Assembly (NCBI GenBank): GCA_963664225.1
Contig: OY760937.1
Span: 5,312,001-5,376,000 of the forward strand
Origin: Verrucomicrobiia bacterium
GTDB lineage: Bacteria; Verrucomicrobiota; Verrucomicrobiia; Limisphaerales; UBA1319
Direction: 5' to 3'
Length of the DNA stretch: 64,000 bases
In this document: piece by piece, positions 1-12,186 of the stretch
How the letters are laid out: every line of letters starts with the position of its first letter
Numbering within the stretch: position 1 is the stretch's first letter
Translations under genes and position numbers: made by a program
Notes under the pieces: generated by a model
The model's input: only the letters and a program-made list of their open reading frames with translations
What the model was told of the DNA's origin: nothing
The model's database searches: none

Positions 1-2
1 CC

Positions 3-236
3 GATGACCATAAAACCCTCACTGTGGCTGTCGTGAATCCCACGGATGTCGGGCAAACCCTCGAGCTCAACCTCACCGGCGCGGCGCTCTCCGGCAAAGG
101 CACGCTCTGGCGGTTGGCGTCCGTTGAGAGCAACGGGCAAAATCCCGCGATCACCAGCGCTGTCGTGGATTCCATTCCCGAATCGCCCACGTTCCCGCGC
201 TTCAGCGTGAGCATTTATGAATTCACCGTCAAATAA
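3..236 (+). CDS. C-terminal fragment of a probable GH51 alpha-L-arabinofuranosidase (runs in from the window edge)
   Basis: Open frame from the window start: LTVAVVNPT...FPRFSVSIYE resembles the Alpha-L-AF_C beta-sandwich end; CAZyme context. Confidence 0.6.
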   Translation, partial: DDHKTLTVAVVNPTDVGQTLELNLTGAALSGKGTLWRLASVESNGQNPAITSAVVDSIPESPTFPRFSVSIYEFTVK

Positions 237-239
237 CCC

Positions 240-2690
240 ATGATCTGCAATCTAAACCAACGCGCAAAATCAGTTGCATCGAATAACGACTTGTTTATCA
301 ACGAAAGCGCCAGCCAGACAATGACGACACAACATAAGACCGTTTTGAAGAACCTCATTACGACCTCCGTAATCGCTTTCCTTTTTGCCGGAGGACAGTT
401 TGCAGCGAACGTCGCAGCAGCGGCTTCTGCGCCGGTGGATTACGCCACTCTACAGGTCATCTCCAGCAATGATTCTCCTTCGGTTATCTCAGAAAAAGCA
501 GCGAAGGTGCTGCCGCGCGCCAATCAATCGGACTGGATGCGGCTGGAGCGGACCTTTTTCCTTCACTTTGGGGTGAACACGTTCAATGGCGTCGAGTGGG
601 GCACCGGTCGTGAAGAGCCTTCGATCTTCAATCCAGTGGAATTGGACGCGAATCAATGGCTGGACGCGATGAAGAATTTCGGCGGCAAAATGATTGTGCT
701 CGTCAGTAAACACCATGACGGATTTTGCATGTGGCCGACTCGCTACACGCCCCACTCCGTCGCGGCCAGTCCATGGCGCGATGGCAAGGGCGACGTGGTC
801 CGGGAAGTGTCCAATGCCGCGCGCGCCCACGGCCTCAAGATGGCCGTTTACCTTTCGCCTGCGGATCTTTACCAGTTGAGGACTAATCCGAAGAATCCCT
901 CGGGATATTATGGCAACGGCAGCAGCAATGTTCTCTCGGTCATTCCCACCGATCCGGCCAGCTTCAAGAGTAATCCCGCCTTGGGTCGCACTCCGGCGGC
1001 GGGTTTTACGAATTACACTTACGAGGTGGACGACTATAATCGTTATTTTCTGAACCAGCTTTATGAATTGCTCACCGAATACGGGCCGATCGACGAGGTC
1101 TGGTTTGACGGCGCCAATCCGGATCCCAGCGTCAAGGAGACTTACAACTACGCGGCATGGTATGATTTGATCCGCCGCCTGCAACCCGGAGCAGTCATTT
1201 TTGGCAAAGGGCCGGACGCTCGCTGGGTCGGCACTGAAAGTGGCTATGGGCGCACAACGGAATGGAGCGTCATTCCGCTCCCGCAGTCGCCTGACACCTT
1301 CATCTGGCCGGATATGACCGCCCGCGATCTTGGCAGCCGTTCCAAACTCACGCCCGGCTCTTTCCTTTGGTGGTATCCTGCGGAAGTTAACGTCACCATT
1401 CTTGCCAATGGCCAATGGTTTTGGGCCCCCAGGAAACAACCCAGAAGCGTCTCGCAGTTGGTGGACATTTTTTACTCGTCAGTCGGTCGTAATGGAAATC
1501 TCATCTTGAACCTCTCTCCCGACAGACGGGGCCTTATCCCAGATGATCAGGTCGCCGCCTTGAGCGGTTTGGCGCAGGCGGTCAACGACACGTTTGCCGC
1601 CGACCTCGCTGCTGGCGCAAAGCTCGCCGCGGACAATTCCAACCCCACGAACGGCGCGCCGCTGGCGTTGGACGGAAATCTTGACACTTGGTGGGAAGCG
1701 GCGCCGGGTCATACCAACGGCACGTTGACTTTGACCTTTCCCGCAGCCGTCACCTTTGATGTCGTTTCGCTGCAGGAAGCGGTGGATCATCGCGGTCAAC
1801 GCATTGAGTCCTTTGCCATGGACGCCTGGAACGGGTCCGAATGGGTCGCTGCGGAGAAGATCGCGTCGGACGAACTTACAACCGTCGGGCATCGCCGACT
1901 CATCCGGCTCAAGCCGGCCGTGACCGCAAGCCAGGTGCGCATCCGCATCACCGGTTCGCGCCTCGAACCGACACTCGCCGAAATCGGACTCTTCAAGCAA
2001 TCCGTCTCATCCCTGCCTCCGACGATTTCAGATCGCGCGGCAAATGGCTCAGTGACGTTAAGCAACTCCGGCGGCTGCAAAATGGTTTACACCGTCGATG
2101 GCAGCGCGCCGACAACCAATTCAGCGGAATACACCTCGCCCATCGCCCTGCCTTTGAGCGGCAAGGTGCAAGCCGCTTGTCTGCTTCCCAACGGACGGCT
2201 CGGCATCACCGCTTCCAGAACTTTCGCCGGCCTGGCGCCGACCGGCTGGAAGGTGATCAGCGTGGACAGCCAGGAAACCAATCAAGCCGATGCCGCTGCA
2301 ACCCGCGCGATGGACGGCAATTCGTCCACCTTCTGGCACACCCGCTGGAACGCCGATTTGACCTTGCCGCATCACCTCACGATTGACATGGGCGCATCCC
2401 ATCGGATTGCCGGATTCACTTACCTGCCGCGGCAGGACGACAACCCCAACGGCACCGTCGAGCGTTACCGTTTTGAAACGAGCGAGAATGGGACCAACTG
2501 GATGACCAATATCGCTTCCGGCACATTCGCCAACATCCGAAACAATCCATCGCTTCAGGAAGCCACATTTGCGCCGGTTAACGCCCGGTTCTTTCGCTTC
2601 ACGGCTTTGCAGGAAATCAATCGAAGCGGCTGGACGAGCGCCGCCGAGATATCGGTGCTGCCCGCACCAATAGCGGACGGACGCAAATGA
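240..2690 (+). CDS. GH29 alpha-L-fucosidase with F5/8 (CBM32-like) domains and an FN3-associated domain; start probably ATG 321
   Basis: FLHFGVNTF, KHHDGFCMWPT, EVWFDGA, SVGRNGNLILN; DGNLDTWW and DGNSSTFWHT F5/8 motifs; YTVDGSAP. Confidence 0.9.
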   Translation: MICNLNQRAKSVASNNDLFINESASQTMTTQHKTVLKNLITTSVIAFLFAGGQFAANVAAAASAPVDYATLQVISSNDSPSVISEKAAKVLPRANQSDWMRLERTFFLHFGVNTFNGVEWGTGREEPSIFNPVELDANQWLDAMKNFGGKMIVLVSKHHDGFCMWPTRYTPHSVAASPWRDGKGDVVREVSNAARAHGLKMAVYLSPADLYQLRTNPKNPSGYYGNGSSNVLSVIPTDPASFKSNPALGRTPAAGFTNYTYEVDDYNRYFLNQLYELLTEYGPIDEVWFDGANPDPSVKETYNYAAWYDLIRRLQPGAVIFGKGPDARWVGTESGYGRTTEWSVIPLPQSPDTFIWPDMTARDLGSRSKLTPGSFLWWYPAEVNVTILANGQWFWAPRKQPRSVSQLVDIFYSSVGRNGNLILNLSPDRRGLIPDDQVAALSGLAQAVNDTFAADLAAGAKLAADNSNPTNGAPLALDGNLDTWWEAAPGHTNGTLTLTFPAAVTFDVVSLQEAVDHRGQRIESFAMDAWNGSEWVAAEKIASDELTTVGHRRLIRLKPAVTASQVRIRITGSRLEPTLAEIGLFKQSVSSLPPTISDRAANGSVTLSNSGGCKMVYTVDGSAPTTNSAEYTSPIALPLSGKVQAACLLPNGRLGITASRTFAGLAPTGWKVISVDSQETNQADAAATRAMDGNSSTFWHTRWNADLTLPHHLTIDMGASHRIAGFTYLPRQDDNPNGTVERYRFETSENGTNWMTNIASGTFANIRNNPSLQEATFAPVNARFFRFTALQEINRSGWTSAAEISVLPAPIADGRK

Positions 2691-2710
2691 TGATTCTGAC
2701 TTTTTGAAAT

Positions 2711-4849
2711 ATGAAAACCTCCTCACGGGTAATCGATTCAATCCGCATCCTTGTCCTCGCAGTCCCGATCGCGAGCCTTCTCGCGCTGACTCTGGGTGTC
2801 GCAGCGTTTGCCGCGCAGGATTCTCAGGCAAACTCTGTTGCCGCTACAAAGCATTGGACTGCTGACAATGGCAATGGCACTTACTCCAATCCGCTGTTTT
2901 ACGGAGAGTTTGAGGATCCGGATGTCATCCGCGTGGGCGCTGATTATTACCTGGCCGGCACCACCATGCACATGAACCCGGCAGTTGAGATTTTGCATTC
3001 CAGGGACTTGGTGAACTGGGAACTCGCCGGCTATTGCACCAATAGACTCGACCTGGGTCCGGCCTACCGGCTGGAGGACGGCAGGGGCATCTACGGCCAG
3101 GGCATCTGGGCGCCCTGCATTCGCCATCACAAGGGCATGTTCTACGTCCTCTCGAACATCAACCGCGGGGGATTGCTGGTCTTTCGCTCGGCTTCGATCC
3201 AGGGCCCTTGGGAGTGCAACCAATTGCCCGGACGCCACGATTTATCAGTCCTCTTCGACGACGACGGAAAGGTTTACATCATCTCGGGCGGCGCCAGCCC
3301 GTACCCGATTGAAGAACTGGCTCCGGATCTCCGGTCCTTCAATACCAACGCACCCCGCCGTCAACTGGTTGGCCGGATGGGTGAAGGCCATCACCTCTAC
3401 AAAATCAACGGCAAATACGTTGATGTTTCGGCGATTCCAGGCGGACCCGTGGACCAGATGGTGGCCGTTGCCGATTCCATCGACGGCCCGTGGAAGGTCA
3501 CGAAGATGGTCGCGGGTGAATCATTGGGTGTGACAGGGGCAACACCCGCGCGCGCCCCAGCCAATGACCGCGGGCTCTGGCTCCATCAAGGCGGCATCGT
3601 TGATACTCCCTCGGGCCAATGGTGGAGCATCCTCATGTCGGACCACGGCAGCGCCGGTCGCATGGTTAACCTGGTGCCGATCACATGGGATGATGGTTTT
3701 CCCCTGATTGGCTTGCCGGGCAATCTGCGCAAAGCCCCCAATACCTGGATCAAGCCCGATACAGGCTTTTCGCAGGAACCCAAACCGACCTATGTCTGGG
3801 ACGAAAACTTTGATGGCGGCAAAATCAATCCGCACTGGCAATGGAACCACGTTCCCGATGACAGTAAGTGGTCACTCACTGAGAAGCCCGGCGTGCTTCG
3901 CCTTCATTCTTTGCCGGCCACCAACCTCTGGACCGCGCGCAACAGCCTTTGCCAGCGGCCTCCCGGGCCCGAGTCGATCATCACTGTCGAAATGGACACA
4001 AGTGGCATGGCGGTGGGTGATAATGCCGGTCTGGCCCTCTTGAGCGCTCCCTACGCATGGATTGGCGTGGTAAAAACTGCCGAAGGCGCAACCCTGCAGA
4101 GGTTCCAGGGCGCAGGCGGTCGCCGCGTCGGGTCCGCTGCTCCGACCAACGCGCCCGTCGTGGGAAGCACCAATCCCCCCAGCCACTTGTTGTTGCGCGT
4201 CGCCTGCAATTTTGACACCGATGAGGCCCTCTTCAGTTGGAGCGCTGATGGCAAACAATTTACGCCGGTGGGCAATCCATTCACCATGACCTTCCAGTTG
4301 ACCACCTTCCAAGGCGTGCGACCCGCATTATTCAACTTCAACACCACCGGCCAGCCCGGCGGCTATGCTGACTTTGATAACTATGTTGTTGAGGAGCCAC
4401 GCGCCCGCGGCATCGAGCGTGAAATTCCCACGGGCAAAACCATCACTCTCACCAGCGGTGCCGACGGAAGCTTCCTGTCCGCCAACACGCAAAGCAATGT
4501 CCTGGCCAATGTAGCGGCTGAATCAGCCGATGCCAGGACACCCAATGTGCGTTTCCAGGTTATGGACCTTGGCAAGGGGCGCGTTGCGTTGAAGGCAGCC
4601 AACGGCCGGTTCGTCTCTGCCTCTGAGGATGGGGTCACTTTGAAGGATCTTGCGGGCAAAACACCGGGTGATGCGGAGTCGTTCCAATGGATCAACCTGA
4701 TGCGCGGCGATACCATGCTCATGTCGCTGACGAACCACCGTTACCTCACCACCCAGCCGAACATACCGGGCCCGGTGACGGTTACCGCTGTCGGCCCGAC
4801 ACCCGCCCGCAAAGGCGGCGAATGTTTCAAATGGAAACCAGTCGATTGA
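2711..4849 (+). CDS. GH43 beta-xylosidase/arabinofuranosidase with GH43_C2 and a C-terminal beta-trefoil-like domain
   Basis: Signal peptide; DNGNGTYSNP, DPDVIRVG, GIWAPCIR, GEGHH, HQGGIVDT, WQWNHVP. Confidence 0.88.
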   Translation: MKTSSRVIDSIRILVLAVPIASLLALTLGVAAFAAQDSQANSVAATKHWTADNGNGTYSNPLFYGEFEDPDVIRVGADYYLAGTTMHMNPAVEILHSRDLVNWELAGYCTNRLDLGPAYRLEDGRGIYGQGIWAPCIRHHKGMFYVLSNINRGGLLVFRSASIQGPWECNQLPGRHDLSVLFDDDGKVYIISGGASPYPIEELAPDLRSFNTNAPRRQLVGRMGEGHHLYKINGKYVDVSAIPGGPVDQMVAVADSIDGPWKVTKMVAGESLGVTGATPARAPANDRGLWLHQGGIVDTPSGQWWSILMSDHGSAGRMVNLVPITWDDGFPLIGLPGNLRKAPNTWIKPDTGFSQEPKPTYVWDENFDGGKINPHWQWNHVPDDSKWSLTEKPGVLRLHSLPATNLWTARNSLCQRPPGPESIITVEMDTSGMAVGDNAGLALLSAPYAWIGVVKTAEGATLQRFQGAGGRRVGSAAPTNAPVVGSTNPPSHLLLRVACNFDTDEALFSWSADGKQFTPVGNPFTMTFQLTTFQGVRPALFNFNTTGQPGGYADFDNYVVEEPRARGIEREIPTGKTITLTSGADGSFLSANTQSNVLANVAAESADARTPNVRFQVMDLGKGRVALKAANGRFVSASEDGVTLKDLAGKTPGDAESFQWINLMRGDTMLMSLTNHRYLTTQPNIPGPVTVTAVGPTPARKGGECFKWKPVD

Positions 4850-4910
4850 GTTGCAGCGCCGGGGGGATTTTTACCGGCCGCAACAGCTTTTCACTTAATA
4901 AAATATTCTC

Positions 4911-5828
4911 ATGATAAAGCATGCATCACTCACACTCCTTGCGTCCGCCATGATGGGCGCGTTGGCATGTGGTGTTTACGCACAGTCCGGTCCTCGCGAC
5001 AATCGCAGTGCCGCAGCGAATCCGCGCAAACCAGTGCCGATCCTCCCCGCGTTGCCGACTTCCAACGATAAGGCATTTTATGCGAGCAATGACGTGCCGC
5101 ACGGCCGGGTGGAGATCGTGCGCTACAAAACCTCGGCTGGCACAGAGAAGCCGATGCATGTTTACCTTCCGCCCGGCTATGACACCAACGCCAGCACGCG
5201 ATACCCGGTGCTCTACCTGAATCACGGTGGCGGCGAGAATGACAGCCATTGGACCGGGAACGGTTTTGCCCATTTGATTCTCGACAACCTCATCGCCGCC
5301 GGGAAGGCCCGTCCGATGATCATCGTGATGCCCAATACCAGCCGCGTGGTTACCGGCACTCCCCCCAAACCTGGAGTGGACGATGCCTGCACCCGGGAGT
5401 ATCTGATGGACATTCTGCCCTATGTGGACAGCCACTATCACACGCGCACGAATCGCGAAAGCCGCGCCGTGGCCGGCCTTTCAATGGGCGGGTTTGTCAC
5501 CCTCAATACAGGCCTGACGCATCTCGAAACCTTTGGCGAACTCTACGTATTCAGTTCGGGTTACTGGGCGGATCAACTCCCGGCTTTTCAGGAAAACATC
5601 AAGCCGCTCCTCAGTGAGACCAACATCAATCGCCAATTCCGCATGCCCATTTACTTTGCCGCGGGCGAAACGGACATCGCCCTTTTCAACAGCCAGCGGA
5701 CGCTGGCGGTCTTCAACAATTACGGCATTCGCAATTTTTGGGTATTGAGTTCCAACGGCCACGAGTGGTTGAACTGGCGCCGTTACCTGTATCAGACTGC
5801 GCAGATGATGTTCCCAGAGGACCGCTGA
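4911..5828 (+). CDS. CE1-like esterase (feruloyl/acetylxylan esterase type)
   Basis: VPHG, VYLPPGY, YPVLYLNHG, GLSMGG nucleophile elbow, GHEWLNWR. Confidence 0.85.
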   Translation: MIKHASLTLLASAMMGALACGVYAQSGPRDNRSAAANPRKPVPILPALPTSNDKAFYASNDVPHGRVEIVRYKTSAGTEKPMHVYLPPGYDTNASTRYPVLYLNHGGGENDSHWTGNGFAHLILDNLIAAGKARPMIIVMPNTSRVVTGTPPKPGVDDACTREYLMDILPYVDSHYHTRTNRESRAVAGLSMGGFVTLNTGLTHLETFGELYVFSSGYWADQLPAFQENIKPLLSETNINRQFRMPIYFAAGETDIALFNSQRTLAVFNNYGIRNFWVLSSNGHEWLNWRRYLYQTAQMMFPEDR

Positions 5829-5858
5829 TCGTTTGAGTTGAAAACACCAATCCATATC

Positions 5859-6989
5859 ATGAATAGCAGCATTAAAATCCCGCTGGCAATTGGATATTCC
5901 TTTTGTCTGATCCTGGCCGTCCATGTTCACGGACAATCTCGCCCATGGGCTCAGCCGATTGAATCGCCCGTCGTCCACCCGGACCGCACGGTCACTTTCA
6001 ACTATAAATCGTCTAACGCCAGGCAGGTTGAATTAAGCGCGCAGTTCATCAAGGGAAACCAACCGCTCAAGGCCGATGCCTCCGGAGTTTGGAGTATCAC
6101 CTTGGGACCCGTTGAACCCAACCTCTACCCCTACAACTTCATTGTGGATGGCGTGTCTGTCGCCGACCCCAATAATCAAAACATTTTTCCGAACGAACGT
6201 TTCAAGAGCAGCCTGGTGGACATCCCGGGTGACAAACCGTCCATCTACTCGATACAGGACGTTCCGCACGGGCAGGTCACCTATGGCTTCTACAAATCGA
6301 AATCCATGGGCGTGACTCGTCCGTTGCTGGTCTATACGCCGCCGGGCTATCACCAGGGCAGCGATAAATATCCGGTGCTCTATTTGGTCAGCGGCACAAC
6401 CGACACCGAGGAAACCTGGTTCAAGGTCGGCCGTGCCAATTTCATTCTCGACAATCTCATCGCCGCCGGGAAGGCCCGGCCAATGATCATCGTCATGCCC
6501 TACGGGAACACGCTGACCGGCACACCGGACCCGTCTTCGCTTCAAGCCGCCGACATGTACAAAGTGTTTAATGACGATTTGGTCGGCAGTATTCTTCCTT
6601 ACATCGAATCCAATTATCGCGTCCTCCCTGATCGGGAAAAACGCGCCATCGCCGGATTCTCGCGAGGCGGCGGACAGTCACTGTTTGCCGGGTTTTCCAA
6701 CCTGGATAAGTTTGCCTGGATCGGATCCTATAGCGCTTATTTGACGCCGGAAGTCTTTAACAAATATTTTCCCAGCCTTTCCTCAAATCCCGGGACCACG
6801 AATCGTCAACTCCAGCTTCTGTGGCTTGGCGTTGGAAGCGAGGACTTTTTATACAAACAGGCGGTTGCGTTTGATGAACTCTTGAAGGAAAAGAAGATCG
6901 AACACAAAAGCCTCATCACAGGTGGCGGTCATACATGGATGAACGCCCGGCACTATCTAACGGAAACGTTGCAGTTGTATTTCAAGTAA
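5859..6989 (+). CDS. CE1-like esterase with N-terminal CBM48/E-set domain
   Basis: SPVVHPDRTVTF...YPYNFIVDGV N-domain; GFSRGG; GGHTWMN. ORF track starts at TTG 5838; ATG 5859 preferred. Confidence 0.85.
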   Translation: MNSSIKIPLAIGYSFCLILAVHVHGQSRPWAQPIESPVVHPDRTVTFNYKSSNARQVELSAQFIKGNQPLKADASGVWSITLGPVEPNLYPYNFIVDGVSVADPNNQNIFPNERFKSSLVDIPGDKPSIYSIQDVPHGQVTYGFYKSKSMGVTRPLLVYTPPGYHQGSDKYPVLYLVSGTTDTEETWFKVGRANFILDNLIAAGKARPMIIVMPYGNTLTGTPDPSSLQAADMYKVFNDDLVGSILPYIESNYRVLPDREKRAIAGFSRGGGQSLFAGFSNLDKFAWIGSYSAYLTPEVFNKYFPSLSSNPGTTNRQLQLLWLGVGSEDFLYKQAVAFDELLKEKKIEHKSLITGGGHTWMNARHYLTETLQLYFK

Positions 6990-7022
6990 TGGTTACTCTC
7001 GAATCATCGGAAACTCACTCAT

Positions 7023-8327
7023 ATGAAAATCCACCACTCACACCGCATGTTACGCATCGGTCTATTCACCGCGGCATTGGTAGCCCTGGGCACAACGGTT
7101 CGATCTGCCGACACCGCCACCCTCAAGGACGCCTACAAGGACCATTTCCTTGTCGGCGTCGCCATCAACCGCACCATTGCGACTGGTACCTCCGTCCGGG
7201 CTGACAACGTCAGACGGAATATGGAACAAGTGAATAAGGACATCGCCCTGGTCAAGGAACAGTTCAATCAGATTGTTCCTGAGAACGACCTCAAGTGGGC
7301 GCTCATCCACCCCAGGGAAGGTGCCGATGGTTATAATTTCGAACCGGCCGACGCCTTTGTGAACTTTGGCATGAGCAATAACATGTACCTTGTGGGACAC
7401 ACCCTGGTCTGGCACTCACAGACACCCAATTGGGTCTTTCAAGGTGCGAATTTGCCGCCCGGTGTGACCAACGCTGCGTCATTGACACCTGCCGCCACCA
7501 CGAATGCAGCCGGGACAAACGCGTCCCGTATGGGTGGACCTGGTCGTGGCCCCGGCGGCGCCTTCGGCCGCGGCGGTTTCACTGGACCTCGGGCATCGCG
7601 CGAGGAATTGCTCCAGCGGATGCACGATCATATTCAGACAGTGGTGGGCCGCTACAAGGGCAAGATCAAGATTTGGGACGTCGTAAACGAGGCAATTTCC
7701 GACGGCGGCACCAACGTTCTGCGCACCTCCCTCTGGTCGGAAATCATCGGGCCGGACTTTATCGCCAAGGCCTTTGAATACGCCCATGAAGCCGACCCCG
7801 ACGCGATCCTGCGCTACAACGATTATTCATTGGAGAACCCGGCGAAACGCCGCAAACTCATCACCTTGATCAAGTCACTCCAGGAGCAGCACGTCCCGGT
7901 CATGGCCATCGGTTCGCAAACTCACGTCAGCGTTTCATCCCCGAGTTTCGAGGAGGAAGACAAGGCGCTGACGGAAATGGAGACGCTCGGCCTTCCCATT
8001 CACATCACAGAACTCGATGTCAACAGCGCTCAAGGCGGCCAGCGCAGCACCAGCGGCGATGTTGCTGCCAACGCCACTACCACACAGGGAGGCCTGGTCG
8101 ATGATGCCAACCGGAAACTGGCCACCGCCTACGAAGGCCTTTTCAAAGCCTTCCTGAAGCACGAAAAGTCCGTGAAAGTGGTCACATTCTGGGGCGTCAA
8201 TGACGGTGTCTCATGGCGCGCCAACGGCAAGCCACTTTTGTTCGACGCTAACAACCAGCCCAAGCCTGCTTTTGACGCCGTGATCCGTGCCGCATCACAG
8301 CCGGAGGCGAAAAACTCAATTCAGTAA
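7023..8327 (+). CDS. GH10 endo-1,4-beta-xylanase
   Basis: PENDLKW, GHTLVWHSQTP, WDVVNEA (acid/base), YNDY, ITELDV (nucleophile), VTFWG. Confidence 0.93.
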   Translation: MKIHHSHRMLRIGLFTAALVALGTTVRSADTATLKDAYKDHFLVGVAINRTIATGTSVRADNVRRNMEQVNKDIALVKEQFNQIVPENDLKWALIHPREGADGYNFEPADAFVNFGMSNNMYLVGHTLVWHSQTPNWVFQGANLPPGVTNAASLTPAATTNAAGTNASRMGGPGRGPGGAFGRGGFTGPRASREELLQRMHDHIQTVVGRYKGKIKIWDVVNEAISDGGTNVLRTSLWSEIIGPDFIAKAFEYAHEADPDAILRYNDYSLENPAKRRKLITLIKSLQEQHVPVMAIGSQTHVSVSSPSFEEEDKALTEMETLGLPIHITELDVNSAQGGQRSTSGDVAANATTTQGGLVDDANRKLATAYEGLFKAFLKHEKSVKVVTFWGVNDGVSWRANGKPLLFDANNQPKPAFDAVIRAASQPEAKNSIQ

Positions 8328-8357
8328 TCAGTTCATACCACGTAAAAATCAGAATGA

Positions 8358-9599
<1,242 letters not shown>

Positions 9600-9675
9600 T
9601 CCTCTCTCGTTATGTAAAAAGCACCGGCCCGGGTCATTCGCCTGGGCCGGAATACTAGCCGCTTTTGTATCTCTG

Positions 9676-10536
9676 ATGACTATGACCTTGAAACAAGCAT
9701 CCTTGTTTTTGGCCGGATTATTGTTGTCGGGCGTGTCCACGTTCTCCCAGGACACAAACTTTTTCATTTTCCTCTGCTTTGGGCAGTCCAATATGGAGGG
9801 GTATCCGGGTATCGAGGAACAGGACAAGGCGCCGGTGGATGGCCGATTCCAGGTCCTGGCGGCGGTTGATTTTCAGAATCCGGGTAGGACCAAGGGTAAA
9901 TGGTATCCCGCCGTTCCTCCTTTGTGCCGGGCAAATACGGGGCTTTGTCCCGCGGATTATTTTGGCAGGACCATGGTTTTCAACCTCCCGGTGAACATTA
10001 AGGTGGGCGTTGTTAATGTATCTGTCGCTGGCTGCAAGATTGAACTGTTCGAGAAAGATACCTTTCACACCTACGCAGCCACGGCTCCATCGTGGATGAC
10101 GAACATCATCAACAATTATAGTGGGAATCCCTATGCGCATCTTGTGGAGACGGCAAAGCTGGCTCAGAAGGACGGCGTCATCAAGGGCATCCTCCTGCAT
10201 CAGGGTGAATCGAACACGAATGACAAGGAATGGCCAAACAAGGTCAAAGGTATTTACGACAATCTGATCAAAGACCTGAACCTCAAAGCCGACGAGGTTC
10301 CGCTTCTGGCGGGCGAACTCGTCAACGCGGATCAGAAAGGCGCTTGCGCGGGCATGAATGCAATCATCGCAACCCTGCCGCAAACCATTACCAATTCTTA
10401 CGTGATTTCCTCGAAAGGTTGCGCTGGCCGCTCAGACCATCTACATTTCGCCCCGGCGGGTTACAGAGAGTTGGGAAAGCGCTACGGGGAGAAAATGCTT
10501 TCAGTGCTGGGCTATAAAGTCGCCGAGCCCAAATGA
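9676..10536 (+). CDS. CE6/SASA-family acetylxylan (sialate O-acetyl) esterase
   Basis: GQSNM, HQGES and DHLHF motifs; signal peptide. Confidence 0.88.
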   Translation: MTMTLKQASLFLAGLLLSGVSTFSQDTNFFIFLCFGQSNMEGYPGIEEQDKAPVDGRFQVLAAVDFQNPGRTKGKWYPAVPPLCRANTGLCPADYFGRTMVFNLPVNIKVGVVNVSVAGCKIELFEKDTFHTYAATAPSWMTNIINNYSGNPYAHLVETAKLAQKDGVIKGILLHQGESNTNDKEWPNKVKGIYDNLIKDLNLKADEVPLLAGELVNADQKGACAGMNAIIATLPQTITNSYVISSKGCAGRSDHLHFAPAGYRELGKRYGEKMLSVLGYKVAEPK

Positions 10537-10574
10537 CCTCGCGCTCCAATGCAGTTTGGAAAGGTAATATTCTT

Positions 10575-12137
10575 ATGATCCACAAATCTTTTCTGGGTGC
10601 GGTGTGCGCGATGTTTGCCGCGGGGATTGCCATCGCGCAGCAGCCAGACCCTGTCAGGACGGAGTATGGTTTGGTTCAGGGAGTGTCTGAAGATGGGCTG
10701 ACGGTTTACAGAGGCATTGCGTTCGCCGCGCCACCCATCGGCGATCTCCGCTGGCGCGCTCCTCAACCCGCCACTAAATGGGACGGCGTCCGGCAAACCA
10801 CCAACTTCGCTCCCGGCCCCATTCAAGGAGGGCGACCGCCCTCAGGCATAAGCGAAGATTGCTTGTATCTGAACGTTTGGACACCTGCGAAATCCGCAGG
10901 CGATCGCATTCCTGTCCTCGTCTGGATCTACGGCGGCGGATTCGCCGGGGGCGCCACATCTGAACCCTCGTATAGTGGCGAGAAACTGGCCAGGAAAGGC
11001 GTGGTGCTGGTCAGTATCGCTTACCGCGTCGGACAATTGGGATTTCTGGCGCACCCGGAGTTGAGCGCTGAAACCACGAATCACACTTCCGGGAATTACG
11101 GTCTGCTGGACATGATCGCCGGTCTTCGATGGGTGCGGAACAACATTGCCGCTTTCGGCGGGGACCCGAACAAGGTGACGATTTTCGGGGAATCCGCAGG
11201 GGGGATCGCGGTCAGCATGCTGTCGGCATCGCCCCTGGCCAAAGGGCTGTTCCATGGCGCGATTTCCCAAAGCGGCGGCTCGTTCGGGCCTCCACGTCCA
11301 ACCACCTTTCCGGGCGAGAATTTAAAACGCCTGGCTGATGCGGAACGCTCCGGGGAAGCTTACGCCAGGAACGCAGGGGTCTCGTCCATTGCGGAACTGC
11401 GCAAGATCTCTACCGACAAACTTCCGGGCGGTCGCGGCATGGGCATGTCATGGCCAATTGTCGATGGATGGGTGATCCCCGACGATCAATATAAGCTCTA
11501 CGAAGCGCGCCAATTCAACGACACCCCAATTCTTGTGGGCTATAATTCAGACGAGGGCGCGAGCTTCTCGCCACCAAAGTCGCCTGAGGATTACATCGCC
11601 AGTGTCAATAAGCGTTATGGCCGGTTCGCAGAGAGTCTTTTGAAGGCTTATCCGGTCGAGTCCAATGCCGTTCCCAAAACCGCGCGCGATTTGACCCGCG
11701 ACGCGGCCTTCGGCTGGCACACATGGAGTTGGGCGCGGCTTCAGGCCAGGGCCAATAAATCCAGGGTGTTCTATTACTATTTCGACCAACATCCCGAATA
11801 CCCGGAGGGCTCTCCCAAAGCTGGCTACGGATCACCACACGGCATGGATGTCTCCTACGTCTTCCAGCATCTTAATCCATCCAATACGCAAACTACCAGG
11901 ACCGACCTGGAGATTTCGGACGCCATGTCCACCTACTGGGTGAACTTTGCAAAGCACGGCGATCCCAACGGCGAAGGCGTGCCTGCATGGCCCGCGTTCA
12001 GCGAAGCCAATCCTGTGGTGATGTATTTCAGCCAGACGCCGCACACGGGCCCAGTCCCCAGCGCCGGAGCGCTCAAGAGTTTGGATGCTTACTTCGCGTG
12101 GCGGCGTACGCCGGAAGGAGAGTCCTGGGCAAAATAA
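10575..12137 (+). CDS. Type-B carboxylesterase (COesterase family), exported
   Basis: SEDCLYLNVW, GGGF oxyanion loop, FGESAG; ATG 10575 precedes a signal peptide (ORF track starts at 10533). Confidence 0.9.
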   Translation: MIHKSFLGAVCAMFAAGIAIAQQPDPVRTEYGLVQGVSEDGLTVYRGIAFAAPPIGDLRWRAPQPATKWDGVRQTTNFAPGPIQGGRPPSGISEDCLYLNVWTPAKSAGDRIPVLVWIYGGGFAGGATSEPSYSGEKLARKGVVLVSIAYRVGQLGFLAHPELSAETTNHTSGNYGLLDMIAGLRWVRNNIAAFGGDPNKVTIFGESAGGIAVSMLSASPLAKGLFHGAISQSGGSFGPPRPTTFPGENLKRLADAERSGEAYARNAGVSSIAELRKISTDKLPGGRGMGMSWPIVDGWVIPDDQYKLYEARQFNDTPILVGYNSDEGASFSPPKSPEDYIASVNKRYGRFAESLLKAYPVESNAVPKTARDLTRDAAFGWHTWSWARLQARANKSRVFYYYFDQHPEYPEGSPKAGYGSPHGMDVSYVFQHLNPSNTQTTRTDLEISDAMSTYWVNFAKHGDPNGEGVPAWPAFSEANPVVMYFSQTPHTGPVPSAGALKSLDAYFAWRRTPEGESWAK

Positions 12138-12186
12138 AGCTTTTGCATATTATCATTCGCATATTTTACTTCAGAACCGTGAAAGG

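Noticed and set aside
5277..6500. Near-identical ~57-bp segments at ~5277 and ~6444 as a template/variable repeat pair
   Set aside because: They encode the conserved CE1 motif ILDNLIAAGKARPMIIVMP in paralogs; differences are synonymous and not adenine-specific
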